Source: a virus. Taken from it: DNA of 64,000 nucleotides. The first letter of the stretch is position 1, and every line of letters begins with the position of its first letter. Under the pieces are notes generated by a model. That model was not told the origin of the DNA. It did no database searches and saw only the letters and a list, made by a program, of their open reading frames with translations. The stretch lies in IMG/VR virus record IMGVR_UViG_3300045988_050969; one strand, 5' to 3'. Shown one piece after another: positions 56,133-64,000 of this stretch. The translations under genes and the position numbers were made by a program.

Positions 56133-58402
56133 TATCTTACAAATATTACTGTAGCTGTTATTTCTTTGTATGAAGGGAATGTTCTAGTTATAGTAGCCTA
56201 TACTTCCTGATACGAAGAGGTAGTGTCACTTATTGTTATAGTAGTCTGACCTGCACTTCCGCTAGTTGGAGATACAGTACTATAGTTAGTACCTTGTCCA
56301 ATACGTGCTGTCCACGGTGAGGAACTATTTACTACTGCAGTAGCACTATTGCCACTGACCGTCTAACTAGAAGGTGTTACTGTAAATGTATCAGTTACCC
56401 CCCCCTAGCCCGCCGCTTGAGTTACTGTAACAATACCTTTACTTTTTCCTCCTACTTGTGTAAGAGTAAATGTAGCACTTCTCTATGAAGTTGTTATATT
56501 AGAAGTTATAACTATGCCAGTAGTATTAGTAGTATTACCATAACAAGTAAACCATTTAGAGTCGGTAGAGAATGTATAATCTACAGATTCTTCAGTTTCA
56601 CTACCATCGGAGTGTAGTACTGTTTTGTAAGAATCAACGCTAAAATTAACATTCTATGCTGAACTAGATACATGTATAGAAGAAGGAGAAATTCTCATTC
56701 CATGTGTAGGAATATATTCCTGTTGATATATATTAATATAACATTTTAAACCAGATTCGCCCTAGGTCAATGTAATAGTACCCTGTCTAGGTAAACCACT
56801 TGTATTATGCGCTACAGTGTAACCACCATTACTATCAACTGTTATCCAGCTTACGTTAGCCGAGAAGCTCACATTATCAAAAAATACTCCATTCTTCCTA
56901 CTTACATAAGTATAATCTCCTGACCAGTTAGTAGTCTTTGCTGGTACGTTATTAAACGTAATGCTCTCATATGAGGATGTTTCACCAGATTTTCTGACTC
57001 CTAAATAGTATTCATCTGTAGCTTTAGCATCCTGACTAACATTAACAGTAAGCGTTTTACCAGAACCGCTCTGAGTTAATACTACTTCTCCACTTCTTGC
57101 AGATCCGCTATTATCAGATGCACTGATAGTCACTTTACTACTAGTAGTAGAAGTAGTTATCCAGCTAGGTTTACTAGACACACTCCAAGATTGACTACTA
57201 CCATTCTTAGTAGATATTACAGGTATATTAGCAGCAGTTCCATTAGCAGAAAAATCCCACGGGAAGCTTGCGCTAACATCTGAGGTACTACCATCTTCCC
57301 AAGTAAATACATAATTATCTGCAGGTGGTACGTAACCACTTTGTGATATTGTAGCATAATCTCTCTTACCAGATTCTTCCTATGTAAAGTATACATTTGC
57401 AGATCTAGAAGATGTAGATGAGTTAGAACTTATAGTAAATCTACCATTACTATATGTTGCCCACGAAGGTAATGTACTACTATCTATACTATATCCTAAA
57501 CTGATCTGATTACCATTTACCAACTTATATGAAGTAAAGCCTATATCTCCTGTACCACCACTAGCTCCAACATTAACTTGCCATGGACTAATTGTAAATA
57601 CATACTCAATAGTAGGTTCAGCACCAGCTTGAGTAACTGTACAAGTAGCTGACTTACCACTATAAGATGCAGTAATAGTTGCAGTTCTACTAGATGTAGA
57701 TGTATTCTCTCCCAATGTTAAAGTACTAGGTGAAGAAGTACTGCTAAGACTACCTAAGTTAGTAGACAGTGTAGGATTGCCTGTTTCTTCAGTAACATCT
57801 CCACTAACCCAATATACAGTTCTCTTAGCACTAGCTGTAATACGTGAAGTACCACCATCACTAGATACACTGGTAGGATTAGCTGATACAGATATAGTCC
57901 ATTCTCCATATGAGCTAATAGTATCTCCACTCTGTGATAGACTAATAGTAGCTGTCTTATTAGACTCATTCTGAGTTATAGTAACTGTACCTGTTCTATT
58001 TGAAGTGATTTCATTAGCAGAAGCACTTACTGTAGTTCCACTTAAAGAGAACCCACTACCAGATATAGTAGTAGACTTTAGAGATACATTAGTATTACCG
58101 CTCTATTCTACTCCATCTAATACCTTTCTCTTATAAGAACTAACAGTGAAAGATTTACTACCACCACCAGCTCCAAATGACATGCTAGTAGGAGATACTG
58201 TCAAATAGTAATTCCAAGTCTCTACCTTCTTACGTATATCATCTATCTTTACACATTCGTTAGCTCCATAAGTAGAAGCATTATCAATAACGATTAATGA
58301 ATTAATAGCTAAAATCTAGGTCTTAGTAGGACATTCTGTCCCACTCTTACCTAGACTAAGCTTACTTAATATCATAGAATATGTTGCTATTTCATTACTC
58401 AT
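56132..58402 (-). CDS. BACON-like repeat protein (756 aa, about 9 in-frame TAG)
   Basis: At least five repeats end in the R-x-[GA]-x-[IV]-x-[LIV]-T-Q pattern: NRTGTVTITQ, SSRTATITAS..TVTQAG, SARSGEVVLTQSG, LPRQGTITLT and RSATFTLTQ. S/T-rich. Fragments 56762 and 57380 share a phase. Confidence 0.6.
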
Positions 58403-61400
58403 GTTGCTTATTCTTTAAAGTTTCTATTTCAGCTTTAAGCTTTTCAATCTCATCTTTAAGCATCTTAACTCCTTCAATAGCTAATACACCTAACATCTCA
58501 TACTCTACCTTCTTGACCTTAACATACTCTTCACCATCTTTAGTGAATGATTCAAACTGTTCAGGATTCTTTACTTCAGATTTAAGAGTATCACCTTCAG
58601 TTACTATATCTTCAAAACCTAATTCCTCTAAGTTCTATGCTATAGTACCTATTTGCTTCTAATCATTCATTATAAATGATACAGTAGGTATAGAGCATAT
58701 CTAGTCTAAAGTATAATCTAATGGTTTAATATCTGATTTTAAACGAGCATCAGATTCTTTGAAGAAACCACCGGCTGCGTATATTTTTTCAGTAGATGAA
58801 ATACCACCTAACACATGTAGTTTTTGAGGTGGTGTAGTAGTACCACCTATTACAACTCCTCCGCCATTACCACACATTATAATATTTTTGGTTCCATCCA
58901 TATTTCTATGGTTTAAATATAGATGACCAGAGTATGAATTTATTTCATTTGTATGTTCTATATTTATACTACCTGCAGCCTTAATAATATCATCTCCAGC
59001 ATATATAGCCTATTTAGGAGTTATAGTTACTTCTCTAGTTACTCCAGAAGTAGGCATAGCAGCATTGGTTATACTTTGAACTAGATTATCTTTTGAAGCA
59101 CTGGTATACGCATGAACATGGAATGTCTAACATGTTCTTGTCTATTTAAACCACAAATGAACATACCCTTGATGTATAAATGCTTTTATATCACCGAAGC
59201 TAGTTCCGTTGTTGACTCCAGTAGGTTGTAAAATCTCATTATTGTCGTCATAGTTATAAAACTATATTACTGTATCAAATGGAGGTTTACTATCATAAGA
59301 ATTACCAAAAATTCTTACTGTTACCATTGTGTTACCATTAGATGATATTCTTAGTTTTACTAAACAACCCTTATCGTAATTATATGCAGTATATGGGGAG
59401 TATCTTTTATCTAACTCATTAGCATAATTACCTTTATGGAGTAATTTATAATGAGTACCTCCATAATAGAAAGTTGCTCCTTCATCTAAACTATCTACTC
59501 TACCTAATGATATACATGGATGAGTTGTCAGTTTATCATTGTATAAATATGCTCCTAATGAATTTGTATACCCTACTTCTGCAGTTTCTACTTCGTTATT
59601 AACAAACTAGATAAGACCCGTAGTATTAGTACCGCGCAAAGTTAAAGGCTAGCCAGATGAAGTTTGATTTATTGATAATACTCCCGTCATAGTATCCCCA
59701 GCTTTTTTTACAAAAGCAGATGGACTAATACCACCAACTGTGTCAGCATTGCCAGCATTAGCTGGCTTACCAACGCTTACAGTCTATGCACTACCTCCAG
59801 ATGGAGTTACTGTGAAATTACCAGCAGAACCATTAGCAAATGTATAAGTAGTATTAGTATTCTATGCAGGTATACCTAAAGCAGTTATATCAGCTTTAGT
59901 TACAGCAGTAACACTAGCTACATGACTAGTAGAGTCAGTAGAGAACTTATAGAATCCAGATGATTTACTAGGTGCAGAACCAGCAGGATGTACATAGTTA
60001 TTATATGTAGCTCCTTTAGTTAGAGTAAGAGTATCGCCACTAATAGATGCAGTAGTAACAGCATTACCAGAACCAGCTACAGTTACTTTACCAACCTTCT
60101 TAGCTAATTCTGTATTCATAGTAGACTACAGATTGTTGATGTTAGTCTGTAACTGATTATCACCATCTTTTCTAGCTTGAATCTCTACATTCAAATCATT
60201 GATAATATCGTTTGAACTATTCTCAATAAGCTCTTCTATCCTATTTACCTCAGTAGTTACTCTATTATCTAGATTAGTAATTCTATTAGGTATATTAACG
60301 TCTAAGTTCTATTTATCAGTAGCAGTCATTACACCGGCTGCAGATTGTGTAGCAGCAGGTATAGTCTATGACTTAGTAATAGGATTCGCATATGAATTAC
60401 TAGCTGCAGATAAATCAGATTGCTTATAGTTAATAGTTACACTAGTTGCATTTCTAGACGTTGCATCTACACCAGTAACTAGGTTATTAGGTAGTGAATC
60501 AAGCTTATCACCAGGATTCTGTATACTACCAAATTCATTATATAAGTCATCTAATCTGCCTTTATCTATTGCAGACATAGCACCTGCATTAGTAGTTGTA
60601 GCTGATGGTATATCTATATTATCATCCTGTAATGGACCATAATTTAAACCATCTTTAGCTGCATACTTATAGTTAATCTTAACTAATTCACCAGTACTAG
60701 TAGTAGGAGTAAGGTATGAAGTAATCTTAGTAGGCATACTATTTAAAGCATCTCTATTGGCTTTACCTTTATCTCCAGGATATGCAGTACTAGGAGTTTC
60801 ACCTAATGCCAAACTCTAACTAATCTCTAAGTATTGAGTACCAGTCCATCTATATGTTAAGTTAGTATCCTTAGATACATATATCTTACCAGTTTCACCA
60901 ATCTGAGGGAATTGAGCTTTAGTAGAGAACTCTAATACATCATCTACATAAGATGGTAATTGAGCTGCAGGAACCTTACCAGTTGAGTCTAACTCAGCTA
61001 ATCCACCAGGCTGACCTTTAGTACTAATAAAAGCATTTAAACTATTAGTAATAGTAGTATCGCCTGCTTTCCTATCTTCAATTTCTTTCTGTAAAGCATC
61101 TTCTAGTTTATCAGTAACTCCATCAAACTTATTCTCTATACGGTCTATCTCTGCTTCTCTATCTGCAATCTCCTTATCAATCTTATCATCAAGATTATCT
61201 ATTCTATCACTTAGATTAGAGTCAGCTTCCTTTAGGTCTTCAATCTACCCAGGAATAGTAGTATTAAGTTCTACATAATCTTCCTTACTCATAAGACCGT
61301 CCATAGAAGCAGTAGCATTAGCTATACGTATATCCATATAGATATTGTTACCACTCTTAATAGTATTCCAAGATACACAAGGAGTAGCATTCTATCTGAA

Positions 61401-61961
61401 AGTGATGCCATTAGTTACTAAGTCATAAGTAGATGTATTAGTACCATCTTTAAACTTAATATTAGTTAATGCTAAATTACCTATATATACGTACTGTCCA
61501 TTGTCTGTAAGTACTTTAGTACCATCTCCAGTAGTCTTAATTACTGTAGTAGTATATTGTTCTTTACTATAGTTTAATGAACCATCTACAGTAATAGTAT
61601 CAAATACTACTTGAGATATATTATCTGTACCTTCTTCTTTAATAAAATCAGGAGATTCAATGTATATAGTACCACCAACTATAGCTACTTCAGTTGCTAA
61701 GTCTAATCCATTTCTACTAGAATTAATAGTATAGATAAGCTTACCTTCCTCTATAGCTTGCTTTAATGCGTCATAATCTTCTTGACTTACTTTACCATCA
61801 ACGATAGTAGGATCAAAGATATACATAGTCATATCTTTAAACTCTATCATTCGAATCTTACCATTTCTTTCACCATCTTGGAATGGAATCATTTCCTATC
61901 CTGTGACAGCAGTACGTTCTGAAGCTTGACTAATCTTTAAACCTTTAATTCTTGCTATCAT
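58395..61961 (-). CDS. long tail fibre/spike with C-terminal S74 intramolecular-chaperone domain (1188 aa, TAG as sense)
   Basis: Fragments 58701, 59862, 60366 and 61392 share a phase. Fibre motif LAELDSTGKVPAAQLPSYVDDV. C-terminal SDARLKSDIKPL...IAQNLEE... plus a terminal coiled coil, typical of Peptidase_S74. Confidence 0.7.
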
Positions 61962-62349
61962 TGTCAATCAAATTATTTTCTTTCTACTATTCTAACAGTA
62001 CTACACCGTTATCTTCCCATAACCAAGGATCTGCATCCTCTGTTAACAATGCTAATACATAAGGATCATACAATCCTCTAAAGTATCCATTACCACAACC
62101 ACACTTAATACAATACGGTTTGAGTTTCATAGGTATACCGCTATATAATTGTGGTTTAACCTAATGTAAGTATCTCTTTAGTATTTCAGAATCTATAGGA
62201 GTAGTAACACTAGATGTATTACTAAACTCCAATAAATCTGTTAACTCATTGTATACTATGGTTGCTACAACATCTCTATTGTTCCTAAGTATATTAGTTT
62301 TAAGTATAGAGTTTGTTTTACTGTTTATATATTCTTTTGCTTTATCCAT
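61945..62349 (-). CDS. small Cys-containing protein, possible fibre assembly factor (134 aa if TAG is sense)
   Basis: Fragment 62161..62349 continues in phase. A tandem TAG-TAG at 61986-61991 is followed by TAA at 61945. Confidence 0.45.
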
Positions 62350-62359
62350 AGTAGTTTAA

Positions 62360-64000
62360 TTAAGCTTCACCAACACAAATACCTCCTACAAAACGCAAAC
62401 CATTTTTAGTACCAGTCCATCCTGTATAAGTACCACTAAGATTAGTTACTGTAATCATACTTCTCATAATATCTATATGAGTATTTACACCGTCAGATAC
62501 AGTCACTCCTAACGGAGATATATATGCCTTATTACCCTAAGAATCATAAGCGGTTACTGAAATAGCGTCTGATGCATCATCGTCTAAAGCTTTTATCTCT
62601 ATTCTAGATGAATCTATGCCAGTAGGATTCTTTAATACTATGGAAGAAGTATTATTATCATAAGTAATGACGATATTATCAAGAGTGCTATTCTTTAATG
62701 AGAAGCTGCCACTATTAATAATAGCATGCTCATCGCTTGTATTTCCTATAGTTATACTATCATTTAATTTCAAGTTACCACTAGTATCTACGCTGAACCA
62801 TTCAGTAAACGGAGACTGAGCCTAACCTAGATGCATACCAGTTGAATCTAGTTTAAACTAATAATCACCTGTAAGCTAGGATATATTATTTTTCTTTATA
62901 TATGTACCTACAGTAGACAGCCCACTAGTATTATTAATCATACTCAATCCGCTACCGTCTAACGTAAGCTTAGTGTCTGCCGTAGTTAACTGTAACTAAC
63001 TGTTCTCAGAATCAGCAGCTAAGTGTATACCTCCAGCTCCAAAGTAAGCTTCACCATTCTCAAAGTCTAACAAGAAATTAGGTCTAAATGAGTTAGAAGT
63101 GTTCATAGGATCTGAAGTATTAATCAAATGATATTCAGAACTATCACCACCACTAGAGTTCTTACCTCTTTGTGAGAACATCAAGTTATTGTTAAATACA
63201 GCTCCACCTACTAATGAGTTAGGTGCAATAAGTAAGTCGGTATATATTGCTTCATAATTCTCTAATACAGTCCATGCACCAGATGTATCTGTAGCAGGTG
63301 ATACATTATTCTATTGTGTACCAATCCAAGTCATAACTGACTTGAGGAAGTAATAATTACCATCACTGGTATCATATACATATGGAGCTTTCTCACCATC
63401 ATTAATATACGGAGTACTAACACTATATATACCCATAGGATAAGCTATTGGCTATTTACCTACTGGATCAGGAGTAATAATACCACCCATAGGATTAGGT
63501 TTAGACCATGCTGACTCTAATTCGTCATCTATTATTCTGGCTTGAGTAAACCATATATAGTTATATTCATCTCCATTAGTAAGCTCAGGTACATCCATAG
63601 ACCAACCTAAACTAGTAATATCTCTAGTCCATTTCATACTGTCATTATATGTACCAGTATAAGTAGTTTCTGTACCTTTACAGTATCTAACTTCATAACC
63701 TACTCCAGGAACACCTGAACCACCATTATCACCAGTCATACCAGTCATATAGTATGGATCGCACCAGTCTTCTATCATAGTATTATCACTACCATTGATA
63801 TAAGCAAAAGTAGCCCATAAGACTTTACCATCACTTAAAGCAGGAGCTGAAGAACTCCAACCAGAAGGATAACGAGTATCTTGGTCTAACGAAGGAGCTG
63901 AACTCCAACTATTGTTTCTAGCAAATCTGTATTCGTAGTAGTTACCATCCGTGCCTTGAACCTTACCTACATTTACCCAGTCACTACCATTCCATACCCA
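62360..64000 (-). CDS. tail fibre/spike protein, 3' part (5' end beyond the window)
   Basis: Fragments 62537, 62996 and 63452 share a phase and are joined by TAG. TAA stop at 62360. The frame is open to the window edge. Confidence 0.55.

Noticed and set aside
16521-64000. Fragmented minus-strand ORFs interpreted as pseudogenes, a degraded prophage or poor assembly
   Set aside because: All breaks examined are the single codon TAG and the frame is preserved across every break. Fragments carry intact catalytic motifs (DFDVD, HEMVH, YADD, M15 ligands), and genes end in TAA/TGA with start-stop overlaps. Decay or indel errors would give mixed stop types and frame changes.
16521-64000. TGA-to-Trp (code 4) recoding as the explanation
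   Set aside because: TGA is used as a terminator at coupled gene junctions (42862, 43788, 44246; also 7383, 12847 and 15033 on the plus strand). No in-frame TGA had to be read through in any stretch I translated.

Overview
AT-rich (about 30% G+C by eye) phage DNA, best explained as a crAss-like (Crassvirales-type) podophage segment. Two convergent modules meet at a bidirectional terminator near 16.5 kb. (1) A plus-strand early/replication module (661-16467) reads cleanly in the standard code. It holds a family-B DNA polymerase, DnaB-like helicase, DnaG/Toprim primase, Sak4-like and AAA+ ATPases, an SSB-like protein, two PD-(D/E)xK nucleases, a metallophosphoesterase, tRNA-Leu(UAA), tRNA-Arg(UCU) and a truncated tRNA-like element. 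(2) A minus-strand late/virion module (64000 down to 16521) is broken into dozens of short ORFs in the standard code. It resolves into about 25 contiguous genes if TAG is a sense codon: every break I checked is TAG, the frame never shifts, and genes end in TAA or TGA. These genes include a 4601-codon ORF carrying a DFDVD two-barrel RNA polymerase motif, a 1637-codon zincin (HExxH) protein, large tail and cargo-like proteins, several tail fibres (one with an S74 chaperone domain), a BACON-repeat protein, an M15 endolysin and a holin/spanin-like pair. The main finding is a complete diversity-generating retroelement (DGR). A 96-nt template repeat (50106-50201) and variable repeat (50344-50439) differ at 25 positions, all at template adenines. 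The variable repeat lies in the C-terminus of an 853-codon tail-fibre gene, and a YADD reverse transcriptase follows. The Gln of the RT's diagnostic SQ motif is itself written as TAG. No CUA suppressor tRNA is visible in this window. No rRNA, CRISPR array, integrase or transposase was seen.
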